Source: an uncultured Candidatus Entotheonella sp. | GTDB taxonomy: Bacteria > Tectomicrobia > Entotheonellia > Entotheonellales > Entotheonellaceae | Length of the DNA: 64,000 bases | Reading direction: 5' to 3' | Assembly: GCA_965215335.1 (NCBI GenBank) | Contig: CBDCDA010000001.1 | Span: forward strand, 1,376,001-1,440,000 | In this document: positions 39,685 to 49,699 of the stretch, in pieces | Numbering within the stretch: the stretch's first letter is position 1 | Layout: each line of letters begins with the position of its first letter | Notes under the pieces: generated by a model | The model's database searches: none | Told to the model about the DNA's origin: nothing | What the model saw: the letters and a program-made list of their open reading frames with translations, nothing else | Made by a program: the position numbers and the translations under genes

Positions 39685-40881
39685 TCAAAAGGCTGCTTGT
39701 GCGCCACGTTGAATTCCTGCTTCATCCACCGCAGTTTCACCGCACCATGACAGTTCGGCCAGCGCCGCAGTGTCCACAGGCGTCGGATTCCCCGAAAGCC
39801 TCGGGTATTGTTCCAGGTTCAGCGCCGCGTTCAGGTCACGATCCATGACCAGACCGCACGCCGTACATACGTACTCACGCTCCGACAACAACAGCACGTC
39901 CTTCACCGCGCCGCAGCCCGAACACCTCTTGCTCGACGGGAACCAACGATCGGCAACCGTCAAGGCTGTTGTCTCGATGCCTGCCGCTTTGTACGTCACC
40001 TGGCGGCGGAACTCGTGCAGGCCAACGTCGGCAATCGACCGCGACAGCTTGCGATTGCGCAGCATCCCCGACACGTTCAGGGCCTCGATCACCACGCGGC
40101 CATAGGCGCGCGTCAACAACGTCGTCAACTTGTGCAGCGCGTCTTGCCGCAGATTGGCAATGCGGACGTGCAGCCGCCCCACACGCAGGGCAGCCTTGCG
40201 CCGGTTGGCCGACCCCTTCATCTTGCCATGGAGGCTACGGTTCAACCGTCGCAACTTGTGCAGCGCGCCTTGCAGCGGCTTCGGATTGTCAAACACCCGA
40301 CCATCGCTCAACACCGCCAGATGGTTGACCCCGAGGTCCACACCCACCACGCCAGCTTGGGTTTCACGGCGTGATGGGAACATCTCGGTTGCAACCTGCA
40401 CGGACAAGAACCAACGGTCGGCAGTGCGGCTCACCGTGGCAGCGAGAATCTTGCCGTCGAAACGCAGGACTTCGCGCATCTTGACCCAACCCATCCGGGG
40501 CAAACGAACGCGCTTGCCGTCCAGCCTGAACTTGTCGTTGGAGACGTAAAAGGCATCTTTGCATTTGCCTTTCTTCTTGAACGTCGGGTACTTCGCCGCT
40601 TTCTTGAAGAAGCGCTGGAAGGCATCGTGCAGAGCGGCGAAGGGTTGCAGGTTGGCGTCCTTCGGCGACTCGTAGAGCCACGGGAACTGCTCGCCCTTGA
40701 TCGCGCCCCACTGCTTCTTGAGCTTGGCGGCAGTCAGCTTGTCGCCCGCCTTGTACTGGGCTTTCCACTCGGCCAGCGCCCAGTTCCAGGCGAAGCGGGC
40801 GCACCCTGACGCCCGGGCGAATTGCTGTTTCTGCTTGCCGTTCGCCTCCAGCGCGATCTTATGGGCGCGTATCACTCTCAA
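39685..40881 (-). CDS. tnpB: TnpB RNA-guided endonuclease (IS200/IS605/IS607-type), no TnpA
   Basis: RuvC D (GVDLG), E (IEALNV), D (DRDLNAA); Zn finger CSGC/CTAC. Confidence 0.93.
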   Translation of the reverse strand: MRVIRAHKIALEANGKQKQQFARASGCARFAWNWALAEWKAQYKAGDKLTAAKLKKQWGAIKGEQFPWLYESPKDANLQPFAALHDAFQRFFKKAAKYPTFKKKGKCKDAFYVSNDKFRLDGKRVRLPRMGWVKMREVLRFDGKILAATVSRTADRWFLSVQVATEMFPSRRETQAGVVGVDLGVNHLAVLSDGRVFDNPKPLQGALHKLRRLNRSLHGKMKGSANRRKAALRVGRLHVRIANLRQDALHKLTTLLTRAYGRVVIEALNVSGMLRNRKLSRSIADVGLHEFRRQVTYKAAGIETTALTVADRWFPSSKRCSGCGAVKDVLLLSEREYVCTACGLVMDRDLNAALNLEQYPRLSGNPTPVDTAALAELSWCGETAVDEAGIQRGAQAAF

Positions 40882-40924
40882 GTGTCTAGACTATGCTCCT
40901 TGTTGTATGCCGGTTTGCACACGC

Positions 40925-41650
40925 TCACTCATCCCCCTCGTCCGCCGCGTCGAACAACGGCCCGCGCCACTCCGGCCCGGCGCCGTAATGAGCGCGGGCT
41001 TCGGCGAGCGTCGCCACCTTGTCCAGACCCCGGTCGCGGAACAGGCCTTGCTCGACTTCCAGAAAGCCGCGCAACAGCCGCGCCGCGCCGCGATAGAAGG
41101 CCGCCTGCGGCGCCTGTTCGATATCGCCCGCGCAGCTTGGCGCCCAGACCAGCAGATGCTCCTTGAGACACGCGGCTTGCAGGCGCAGCCAGCGGTCCGC
41201 GTCGTCGGGCGCCGCCGCCTGTTTGTCGATCAGCCAGCGCATGACGTCCAGCTCGAACGCCAGCACGTCCTCGGGATCGGTAAAGCCCTGCGCCGGTTTC
41301 TCGACGCCGAGCTGCCTGAGAAAACGGCGCCACGCCTTCAGGGGCTCTGTGAAGAACTGCCCGGTCAGGTAATACGAGGCATAGGGCCGGATTACCCTGA
41401 CGAACGGCTCCAGAAACAGTTGGCCGAACTCCGCCGCCACCTCGCCGGGCGGGTGCTCGGCAAGGTAGTCGTCAATGATCCGCCAGCCGCTGCCCATCAG
41501 GGGGTGTACCGCCGCTGCGGCCTCGGTGCGCGGCAGCATGTCGTCCCGCAGGGCAGCGATAAACGCCGCCTCCGGTTCCTTCCACAACAGTTGCACGAAC
41601 AGGCGGTAATACGTCTGCCGAAACTGGACGAAATCGCGGTCCTGAAGCAT
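40925..41650 (-). CDS. TorD/DmsD-family molybdoenzyme chaperone
   Basis: PYASYYL, PEDVLAFEL, EHLLVWA, FYRGAA. Confidence 0.85.
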   Translation of the reverse strand: MLQDRDFVQFRQTYYRLFVQLLWKEPEAAFIAALRDDMLPRTEAAAAVHPLMGSGWRIIDDYLAEHPPGEVAAEFGQLFLEPFVRVIRPYASYYLTGQFFTEPLKAWRRFLRQLGVEKPAQGFTDPEDVLAFELDVMRWLIDKQAAAPDDADRWLRLQAACLKEHLLVWAPSCAGDIEQAPQAAFYRGAARLLRGFLEVEQGLFRDRGLDKVATLAEARAHYGAGPEWRGPLFDAADEGDE

Positions 41651-41662
41651 GCCCGCCTCCGC

Positions 41663-42100
41663 TCACAGTTCTTCCAGGCTGCCGGACTCTTCCTCGAACA
41701 GACGATCCAGTGCCTGGTCTACGAACGTCCTGTAGGACATACTATCCTCTACCGGCGCGTCGCCGCGCTGCCGCCGGGCGGTCATCTCCTCGTCGAGCGC
41801 CCCGCCCACGGCGGTCTCGATGCGTTCCAGAAGCGGTGTCTCGGAGGCAGCGACGGCCACCACCTGCGCGTCCCACCAGCGTTCCCAGACGTCCTGGTAG
41901 GGTCCCAGACCCGGAAACCGCCCCGCCGCGCGGACGGCCTGCTCGGCTGCCATCCTTTTGCCAGCAAGCGTTGACGTCTGCATGTCCATCACCTGCCGCC
42001 ATTTGTGCAGCGCCAGATGGCGCTTGTAGGCGTCGAGGGCGACATCCATGAATTCCTTGCCCTGCTTTCTGCCACGCCCGCGTTTATTCCTGTCGCGCAT
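41663..42100 (-). CDS. Hypothetical protein in the FDH maturation operon
   Basis: Overlaps the fdhD stop; 12 bp from torD; host-like codon usage. Confidence 0.7.
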   Translation of the reverse strand: MRDRNKRGRGRKQGKEFMDVALDAYKRHLALHKWRQVMDMQTSTLAGKRMAAEQAVRAAGRFPGLGPYQDVWERWWDAQVVAVAASETPLLERIETAVGGALDEEMTARRQRGDAPVEDSMSYRTFVDQALDRLFEEESGSLEEL

Positions 42101-42908
42101 GCGTCAGTCCCCCCGACACCGCAACGGCTTCCGCTTCCGCCCCAGCGGCGGGCGGCTGGTGCAGCAGGCGTTCGGGGTGTGTGTAGACGTTGAAGCTGTT
42201 GCGCCGCACGTAGCCGATGACCGTAACCCCGAGCCGTTTGGCGGCCTCGATGGACAGCGTCGTCGGCGAGGTGCGCGAGATCAAAAAGGGCGTTCCCATG
42301 TGGGCGCCCTTGCGCAGCATCTCCGACGAAATGCGCCCGGTGGTCAGGAGAATCCGGCCCTGCGTGGGAATGCCCAGGGTCAACGCCTCGCCGAGAATCT
42401 TGTCGAGCGCGTTGTGACGCCCCACGTCTTCCGCCAGCAGCAAAACCCGCTCGCCGTCGCTCAGGGCAGCGGCGTGAATGCCGCGCGACGCCCGGTACAT
42501 GTCGGCGCCGTCGAACAGCTGCCGCATGAGGGGAAAGACGTCATCCGGCACCAGACTCAAATCGCTGCGCAGCGGCGGGTAATGCGACGTCCCGATGCTG
42601 AACGTCAATCCCATGCCGCAACCGGACGTGAAGACCCGTTTCTTGGGCTGCGCCACGACGGTAGCCAGTTCGACCGCCACCGCGCCGTTGTCGGCGTCGA
42701 CGTCCAAGGCACGGACAGCGCCCAGGTCGCTAATAATGCCCTCGAAATACAGGAAGCCGAGCACCAGATAATCCAGCTTCACCGGTGTACACAGGAAGGT
42801 CGCCAATTCGACGCCGTTGACGATGATGGTGAGTGGCTGCTCGCGCACCACCGGCTTTTCGAACTGCGCAAAAGCGCCGTTTTCGTAGCGGTAGACGTAC
42901 GGCATCAC
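42084..42908 (-). CDS. fdhD: Formate dehydrogenase sulfurtransferase
   Basis: EQPLTI, TSGCG, EDVGRHNALDK, TGRISSEM. Confidence 0.93.
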   Translation of the reverse strand: MMPYVYRYENGAFAQFEKPVVREQPLTIIVNGVELATFLCTPVKLDYLVLGFLYFEGIISDLGAVRALDVDADNGAVAVELATVVAQPKKRVFTSGCGMGLTFSIGTSHYPPLRSDLSLVPDDVFPLMRQLFDGADMYRASRGIHAAALSDGERVLLLAEDVGRHNALDKILGEALTLGIPTQGRILLTTGRISSEMLRKGAHMGTPFLISRTSPTTLSIEAAKRLGVTVIGYVRRNSFNVYTHPERLLHQPPAAGAEAEAVAVSGGLTHARQE

Positions 42909-42942
42909 CCGCGCCCTTCCACAACACCTTCATCACGCCGCA

Positions 42943-44892
42943 TCAGGGCTCCCAACCCTGTTCGACTTCCTTCATGGCGGCCACCGCACGACAGTCGGGA
43001 CACATTCTCAACAGATTCCGGCGCTCGCCGCCGAATGCGTCCGCAAGAGGTCCGAGCTGCAGCACCTTCGCCAGAATAGCGTCCAAGGATTTCTGATTGA
43101 CGAACGGAGTGCCGCATTGCAGGCAGGCGACCATGTCGTCGCGCACAACGGTGCGGTAATCGAGTGCCGCGTGCGCAAATACCACCTCGTGCCGCAGGCT
43201 GATGACGTGCTCCGGGCATACCGTCTCGCAAAGCCCGCAGGCCACGCAGGCGAAGTGGTTGAACTGCAGGGCGGAGGTCGGCTCGTCAAGCCGGAAGGCG
43301 TGCACCGGGCAAACGTTGACGCACGCGCGGCACAGCGTGCAGCCTGCCGATTCAACATCGGCCACGGCGAACGGCAGCGCGGCGTCAACGAGTTGTCGAC
43401 CAGGCTCGCGCTGGCATTGCTGGATGAACGTGCCGACGATTTCCGTCAGCGCCTGCCGATTGCCGGTGACGCGCCAGGGTTTCGACCCATCCCAGTGGAT
43501 GGGCGCCGGGGGCAGGGATTCGGCGAAACACGTCAGGTCGGCGATGGTTTCAGCCTCGTCACCGTCCTTGGTTACGAATAGCCGCAGCCGTTCCGGGCCC
43601 AGTTCAAACGCCTCCAGCGTCAAGCAGCAGAACGCCAGCGTGCGTTCCAGCAAGGCGCGCTCGCCGTGCGGGCACATGGCGCAGCCGAGCAGTCCCACCC
43701 CCGCGGCGCCGAGCCGCAAGGCGCCCAGGACGGTTGCCGCGGAGACGTACCGCAGACACGGCACCTGCACGCCGAGCACCCTGGCCGGGTACGGCAACGG
43801 CCGCCGTCCCGCTTCCTCGATGAGCCGGCCGCCCTGTTCGCTGCAATAAAAGACCACCACCTGATCCGCGTTGCCGTTGTCCGGGCGCGGCGTCAGCAGC
43901 GCCGCGAGTTGCGCGTACAACGCCTGCGGCGACGGCTCGGTGAACCGCAGGGCTGACGTCGGACAAGCCGAACTGCAGGCGCCGCATCCTTCGCAGGCCA
44001 GATGGTCCACCTCGATGCGCAGCGGGTTCGTCCTGTCGCGCCGGATCGCCTCGTACGGACAGGCCGGGATGCACGCTCCGCAGGCTTGCTGGCCCGCTGC
44101 GCCGCCGGCGCAGCTGTCGGTATCATACGCCACGTGTACGGTCTTCAGGAAGTCGCCGGTCAGGTCATTGATGCGCGCAGCGAGCTGGTCGAGGTCAGCC
44201 GCATCGGCACGGCCGAGGACATGGTGACCGGTGCGCGTGGGGCACGCTGGCGGGTCGGCGGCGAGCGTCACCACCTGATCGACCACGAGCTCCTGCTGTT
44301 CGGCGGCGTCGGACAAGTCGATAAGGGCGTGGAAATCTCCCAACCGGCCGGACACTTCGAGCAATTCGCCTCGATAAACTCGCCAGGACGGCAGCACGTC
44401 AACGGCAGGCGCATGCGGACTCAGCACAAGAATTGGTTGGCAGGCATTGCTCAGTTGCCCTGCGAGGTTCCCGGCCAACGGTTCGTCGGCAACGATGAGA
44501 ACGCGCCCATCGCTCCGCAGCGGCAGGTAGCGGGGTTCCGTCTGTGCTTCCGCCGCCTGCTGCGCGGCGCGCAGCAGGCGACCGGCCTTGTCGTGCGCTT
44601 GCTGCGGGTCGGCATGAACCGCGAAACAGGACGTGTCGAGATCGACGAATTGGATTTTGGGGCTCGGGCCGATGGAAGGCCTGAGGGCATCTTCAAAGCG
44701 GGCAGGTGACTCGCAGCAGGTGATCAAGGCATGTGTGCAGCGCTCGCGGTGAACAAGGTCCGCGAAATCCTGCAAGGCGCTGTCGGGATGGGTGGCGAAC
44801 CGAACGTGGGGGGTCGGAAGGTCGAGCCGCTGGGGGTCAAGCGCCAGCGTGCGTCGGCAGTCACAGAGGAGGATACCCCACTTTGCCGTCAT
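42943..44892 (-). CDS. Multi-[4Fe-4S] FDH-associated polyferredoxin with FlpD/MvhD-like domain
   Basis: LLCDC; several CxxCxxCxxxCP motifs; CLQCGTPF; MCPDCR. Confidence 0.85.
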   Translation of the reverse strand: MTAKWGILLCDCRRTLALDPQRLDLPTPHVRFATHPDSALQDFADLVHRERCTHALITCCESPARFEDALRPSIGPSPKIQFVDLDTSCFAVHADPQQAHDKAGRLLRAAQQAAEAQTEPRYLPLRSDGRVLIVADEPLAGNLAGQLSNACQPILVLSPHAPAVDVLPSWRVYRGELLEVSGRLGDFHALIDLSDAAEQQELVVDQVVTLAADPPACPTRTGHHVLGRADAADLDQLAARINDLTGDFLKTVHVAYDTDSCAGGAAGQQACGACIPACPYEAIRRDRTNPLRIEVDHLACEGCGACSSACPTSALRFTEPSPQALYAQLAALLTPRPDNGNADQVVVFYCSEQGGRLIEEAGRRPLPYPARVLGVQVPCLRYVSAATVLGALRLGAAGVGLLGCAMCPHGERALLERTLAFCCLTLEAFELGPERLRLFVTKDGDEAETIADLTCFAESLPPAPIHWDGSKPWRVTGNRQALTEIVGTFIQQCQREPGRQLVDAALPFAVADVESAGCTLCRACVNVCPVHAFRLDEPTSALQFNHFACVACGLCETVCPEHVISLRHEVVFAHAALDYRTVVRDDMVACLQCGTPFVNQKSLDAILAKVLQLGPLADAFGGERRNLLRMCPDCRAVAAMKEVEQGWEP

Positions 44893-45021
44893 GTCGTGTT
44901 CCCCGCCCCGCTCTCTCCATACCGCCCGGCTGATGGTTTGGAAAAGGGTCGCATCAGATGAGGCGGCACCCCCGAAGAGGGTGCCAATGTAGAGCAGCCC
45001 TGGCGGCCCTGTCAACCCCTA

Positions 45022-45864
45022 GGTTCAGGACTCATATCCAGAAGATGACCGTGGCAGCAAGGCAGATGGCACTGAAAAAGGTGTGCGCACACCGGTCATA
45101 GCGCGTGGCGATGCGACGCCAATCCTTGAGACGACCGAACAGGCGCTCGATGAGATTACGGCTCTTGTAAAGCTCCGTGTCGTAGACAATCGGCTCTTTA
45201 CGATTGGCACGGCCTGGAATACAGGGCTTGATCTTGCGCTCGGCAAGCGCCTTGCGCAGCCGGTTGCTGTCATAACCCTTGTCGGCAATCAGCACGTCGG
45301 CCTCCGGCAATGCGGGCAGCGCCATGTCTGCCCCGCGATAGTCGCTGACCTGGCCCGCAGTCAACACCATGACGACGGGCTTGCCGTCGCCGTCGCAGAC
45401 GGCGTGAAGTTTCGAGTTGAGGCCGCCTCGGGTACGCCCGATATGACGCGGAAAAGCCCCCCCTCAAGCAGGCTGGCAGCGGTGCGATGCGCCTTGAGAT
45501 GCGTGCTGTCGATCATGACGGTCTCGGTGGCCGTGCTGTCGGCGGCCAAGGTTTGGAAGATGCGGTCGAAGACACCGGCCTTGCTCCAGCGCACGAAGCG
45601 GTTGTAGAGCGTCTTGTGGGGACCGTAGCAGGCGGGCGCGTGGCGCCACATCAGACCGTATCGAATGACGTGGATGATGCCGCTGATGACTTTTCGGTCA
45701 TCGACGCGTGGGACCCCCCGCACCTTGTTGGGTAGCAGGGGTTTCAGGCGGGCAAACTGCACGTCGGATAGCCAGAAGCAGTGATCGGGCATGATGAACC
45801 TCCTTATGAAGTCAGGGTCTTGAATCCTACATGACCAATGATGCCCTTTTATAGGTCCTGAGCC
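45022..45864 (-). mobile_element. IS5 family element, copy 2, 843 bp, inverted relative to copy 1
   Basis: Near-identical to 38824-39666; TA at 45020-21 and 45865-66. Confidence 0.93.
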
Positions 45865-45897
45865 TAAACACCACACGACGTCAAGCCGGTCGAGTGC

Positions 45898-47283
45898 CTA
45901 CGATAAATCACCGACCAGGGCGCGGAAATGGTTGCCGCGAGCTTCGTAGTGAGGGAATTGGTCGTAGCTCGCGCAGGCGGGGGAGAGAAGAACCACGTCG
46001 CCGGGCCGGGCGAGAACGGCGGCGCGGTGCAGGGCGGCTCCCAGGGTGGGGAGTTGGATGATGTCGGGCGGTGCGAGCACTTGCCCGAGGGCGGCGGCAA
46101 GCCTGGGGGCGGTGTTGCCGTACAGGAGGGCGACCCGGACACAGGACTGCATGACGCGGGCGAGGTCATCGAACGGGGCGCCTTTGTCGTAACCGCCGGC
46201 GAGCAGCAGGACCGGCTGTTCGAACGCCTGCAGGGCGCACTGGGTGGAAAACGGCGTGGTGGCTTTGGAGTCGTTGTAGTAGGCGACGCCGCCCTTGTCG
46301 GCGATCCATTCCAGTCGATGCGGCAGGCCGGTAAAGGCTTGCAGGCCGCGGGCAATGGTGGCAGGGGGCACGTCCAGCGCGGCGGCGGCGGCGGCAGCGG
46401 CGGCGGCGTTGCCGAGGTTGTGCAGGCCGCGCAGGCGCAGGTCGGAGTCGTGACAGAGCACGCGGTGCTCGCGCTCCGAAGCCAGCACCAGGGCGCTGCC
46501 GTCGCGGCAGACGCCGGCTTCCAGAGGCTCATGGACACTATAGAACAGGCGGCGGCCCCGGCCGCGGGCCGCCATCGCTCGGATCGTGGGATCGTCCCAG
46601 TTGAGGACGGCCACGTCGTCCGGCGTCTGGTGGGCGAGGATGACCTCCTTGGCCGCCTGGTAGGCCACCATGGTGCCGTGGCGGTCGAGATGATTGGGGG
46701 CCAGATTGAGTACCACGGCCAAGGGCGGGCTGTATCCGAGCCAGTCGAGGTGCTCCAGTTGAAAGCTGGAGATTTCCAGCACCACCGGGGTGTCGGGATC
46801 GATATCGGGAAGTCGGGACAGCAGCGAGCCGCCGATGTTGCCGCCGACCAGGGTGCGGGCGTCGTGGGTTTGCAGGATGCTGCCCAGCAGCGACGTGGTG
46901 GTGGTTTTGCCGACGCTGCCGGTGATGCCGACGATATTCCCGGCGCACTGGCGCACGAACAGGTTCAGCTCGCTGTCCAGCGGCACTGCGTGCGACCGTG
47001 CCAGTTGCAGGTACGGCGAGGTGAGCGGCACCGCGGGATTGACGAACACGCGGTCGGTGTTGGTGAAATCGTCCTCGCGGTGTTCGCCCAGTACGAAGCG
47101 GATGGGCAGGCCCTGCAGTGCCGCCAGGGCGTCCTGCAGGGTGGCGGCGTCCTTCAGGTCGGTCACCGTCACCGAGGCACCTTGCTCGGCGAGATAACGG
47201 GCCAGGCCGGCCCCGCCGCCGAACGAACCGAGGCCCATGACGGTTACACGGCAGCCCTTCCAGTCGGTTGGCGATGACGGCAT
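45898..47283 (-). CDS. murD: UDP-MurNAc-L-Ala:D-Glu ligase
   Basis: GITGSVGKTTT, GGNIG, EISSFQL, NHLDRH, NDSKAT, SPACASYDQF. Confidence 0.95.
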   Translation of the reverse strand: MPSSPTDWKGCRVTVMGLGSFGGGAGLARYLAEQGASVTVTDLKDAATLQDALAALQGLPIRFVLGEHREDDFTNTDRVFVNPAVPLTSPYLQLARSHAVPLDSELNLFVRQCAGNIVGITGSVGKTTTTSLLGSILQTHDARTLVGGNIGGSLLSRLPDIDPDTPVVLEISSFQLEHLDWLGYSPPLAVVLNLAPNHLDRHGTMVAYQAAKEVILAHQTPDDVAVLNWDDPTIRAMAARGRGRRLFYSVHEPLEAGVCRDGSALVLASEREHRVLCHDSDLRLRGLHNLGNAAAAAAAAAALDVPPATIARGLQAFTGLPHRLEWIADKGGVAYYNDSKATTPFSTQCALQAFEQPVLLLAGGYDKGAPFDDLARVMQSCVRVALLYGNTAPRLAAALGQVLAPPDIIQLPTLGAALHRAAVLARPGDVVLLSPACASYDQFPHYEARGNHFRALVGDLS

Positions 47284-47296
47284 GTTCGGAACGTCC

Positions 47297-48493
47297 TCAT
47301 GGTCCGGCGGGAGTCACATCCAGGGCTTCGAGCAGCGCCAGTGCCTGCACGGTGGCTCCCACGTCATGCACGCGAACCAGAGTTGCGCCTCGCTGCGCCG
47401 CCCACAACGCGCTGGCAAGGCTGCCTCCGAGCCGGTCGTCGACCGGACATTGCAGCACGCGCCCCAGGAACGATTTGCGCGACGTGCCGACCAGCAACGG
47501 CTGTCCCAAGGCCTCCAGATGGTTCAAGCCGCGCAGCAGTTCCAGGTTATGCGTAACTGTCTTGCCGAAACCGAAACCGGGGTCCAGCACGATGCGTTGC
47601 CGCTCGATGCCGGCCTGCACGGCGTCGTGCAGACGCTCGCGCAGGAATCCGCAGATGTCGTCGATTACATGGTAGTACGCCGGCGCCTGCTGCATGGTCC
47701 GGGGCGTCCCCTGCATGTGCATGAGAACCACCGCCGCGCCGCGTTCGGCGAGCAGCGGTGCCATGCCCGGGTCGAAGCGCAAGGCGCTGATGTCATTCAC
47801 CATGATCGCGCCGGCGTCCAGTGCGGCAGCGGCGACGTCGGCCCGGCAGGTATCGACCGACACCCGCGCGTTGTAGCGTTTAACGATCTCCCGTACCACC
47901 GGCACCACGCGCGCCTGCTCCACCACTGCTGACACCGGCTCCGAACCCGGACGCGATGACTGACCGCCGACGTCGATCAGGTCGGCGCCCTCCGCCAGCA
48001 TGGCCTCGGCACGCGCCAGCGCGCGTTCGGGCTCGCAGTACAGGCCGCCGTCGGAAAACGAATCCGGCGTTACGTTCAGAATGCCCATCACGCGGGTGCG
48101 TTGCGCCAGCGGCCATGTCGTCTGCCCCAGCACCAGGGCATGCGGGCCGTCCGCTTGCAAACAGCGCGCCCGTTCCAGCGCCTCCCCCACGGGCAGCAGC
48201 GCCGGCTGATTCCCGGCGGCCTCGCGCAACAAGCCGAGCAACGCCGCCGCGCCACCCCACAGGACGTCCACCGCGTCGCCGTCGCCGCGCGGCGCGGCGA
48301 CACACCATCCGTCCGGCACCTGGCATAGCCAGGCTTCCAGAACGGCGGCGACAGCTCGGGGAACGTCGATCAGTTTGCAGGCGAAACGCCTTGCGGACGG
48401 GACGGGTACGCCGTCAGGGAGCGGATGTCCCATGCGGGTCAGTTCATCGGCAATCGGGGTATCGGTATGTCGGGGCAGCAGGCGGGCCAGCAT
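47297..48493 (-). CDS. folP: Dihydropteroate synthase with N-terminal extension
   Basis: MGILNVTPDSFSDGG, SRPG, NDIS, MHMQG, DPGFGF, SRKSF, RVHDV. Confidence 0.93.
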   Translation of the reverse strand: MLARLLPRHTDTPIADELTRMGHPLPDGVPVPSARRFACKLIDVPRAVAAVLEAWLCQVPDGWCVAAPRGDGDAVDVLWGGAAALLGLLREAAGNQPALLPVGEALERARCLQADGPHALVLGQTTWPLAQRTRVMGILNVTPDSFSDGGLYCEPERALARAEAMLAEGADLIDVGGQSSRPGSEPVSAVVEQARVVPVVREIVKRYNARVSVDTCRADVAAAALDAGAIMVNDISALRFDPGMAPLLAERGAAVVLMHMQGTPRTMQQAPAYYHVIDDICGFLRERLHDAVQAGIERQRIVLDPGFGFGKTVTHNLELLRGLNHLEALGQPLLVGTSRKSFLGRVLQCPVDDRLGGSLASALWAAQRGATLVRVHDVGATVQALALLEALDVTPAGP

Positions 48494-48562
48494 GGGGGTT
48501 CTTTCTCATCAGCGGCGCTCGGCTCATCACTCGCTTCGCTCGTGCTGTTCCATCTTATACGC

Positions 48563-48943
48563 TCACTGGCGCTCGCCGTGGGCTTCCAGCACGACCTCAC
48601 GCGCCCGCACAGCCTGCTTGAACAGCGTGGCGTCGCCCACCACCTTGCCGATGACGTTGACGGCGCTGGCGGGCATGATCCTGCCGGGTTCGCTGACCGG
48701 CGTCAGCCCGAAAAAGATGCAGAACGCGCTGCCCGGCGGCCAGTATCCCAGGTCGCCGATTTCCACCACCTCTTGGGCGCTGTCGTCCAGCTCCGCGTCG
48801 ACCGAGATGGCAAAGTAGATTTCATCGCCCCAGGTGTTGAACGACGTGCGAATCGGCAGCGCCGCACCGATTTTCGCCGCGGTTGTCGTGTCGTTGAGCT
48901 CGGCCTCCAGGGCCACTTCTCCGACCGTGATCCTAATGCGCAT
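48563..48943 (-). CDS. Cyclophilin-like fold protein
   Basis: WGDEIYF, GDLGYWPPGSAFCIFFGLTP. Confidence 0.8.
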   Translation of the reverse strand: MRIRITVGEVALEAELNDTTTAAKIGAALPIRTSFNTWGDEIYFAISVDAELDDSAQEVVEIGDLGYWPPGSAFCIFFGLTPVSEPGRIMPASAVNVIGKVVGDATLFKQAVRAREVVLEAHGERQ

Positions 48944-49229
48944 GATCGGCCTCGCTATGGGAAGCACCCGACAGAACCGCCAGACGCCGGTTGATCTCGC
49001 TCTTCAGCAGTTGCGTATGCAGGATGCCCAGCACCCAGGTAAGCAGGAGGATGCGCAGCGACAGCGCGCGGGTCCAAAGCATGAACACGTAGGGTGCCGC
49101 GTAGGCCACGGCGAGGGCGCCGTACAGCGGCACCCGCGTCAAAATGGCAGCGTGCAGCCAAGCCGCCCAATTCAAGCCGGGAATGAAGCTCCAGGTGAGC
49201 CACGACATCCGCATCATGGAAACTCGCAC
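48933..49229 (-). CDS. Small hypothetical membrane protein
   Basis: Hydrophobic ORF filling the gap in a tightly packed minus-strand operon. Confidence 0.5.
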   Translation of the reverse strand: MRVSMMRMSWLTWSFIPGLNWAAWLHAAILTRVPLYGALAVAYAAPYVFMLWTRALSLRILLLTWVLGILHTQLLKSEINRRLAVLSGASHSEADHAH

Positions 49230-49231
49230 CC

Positions 49232-49678
49232 TCAGCAGTCACCGCCCGATTGGCGTATCGGCAGCGCCACCTGCGCCGTGCCCTGCACGTAGCGGTCGCC
49301 CGTCTCGTTGCTCATCAGGATGTCGCAAAAAACCAGGCGCTGGCCCTGCTCTTCCTGCTTCTCGGTGACGACCCCGCTGCAGATCAGCGGGGTGTTATGG
49401 GGCACGGTGGCGCGGAAGTTTGCCGTCAGGTTGCGCAGCGTGCCGGTGGGGAAGAATTCGGTCATCATGCGGGACAGAAAGCCCAGGCTCATGTTGCCCG
49501 GAATAATGGCGCCCGGCAGACCCTCGTTGCGGGCGTAGGCATCGTCGGTGAAGCGCCCGCTCTGCATGCGCGCCACCTCGACGTAGCGCACCACGTCCGC
49601 CGTGGTCGGACAGATTTCCAGTTCCTCGATCTCGTCGCCGACTTCGACGTCTTCGTAAAACCGAATGCGCTCACCCAC
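49232..49678 (-). CDS. MaoC-like hot-dog fold dehydratase subunit
   Basis: FYEDVEVGDE, GLPGAIIPG, GVVTEK. Confidence 0.82.
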   Translation of the reverse strand: MGERIRFYEDVEVGDEIEELEICPTTADVVRYVEVARMQSGRFTDDAYARNEGLPGAIIPGNMSLGFLSRMMTEFFPTGTLRNLTANFRATVPHNTPLICSGVVTEKQEEQGQRLVFCDILMSNETGDRYVQGTAQVALPIRQSGGDC

Positions 49679-49699
49679 CTCTGAAAGTCCTCCCCCGGC

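Noticed and set aside
46378..46408. GCG repeat in murD
   Set aside because: Encodes an Ala-rich helix (NAAAAAAAA) typical of Mur ligases; not a contingency locus.
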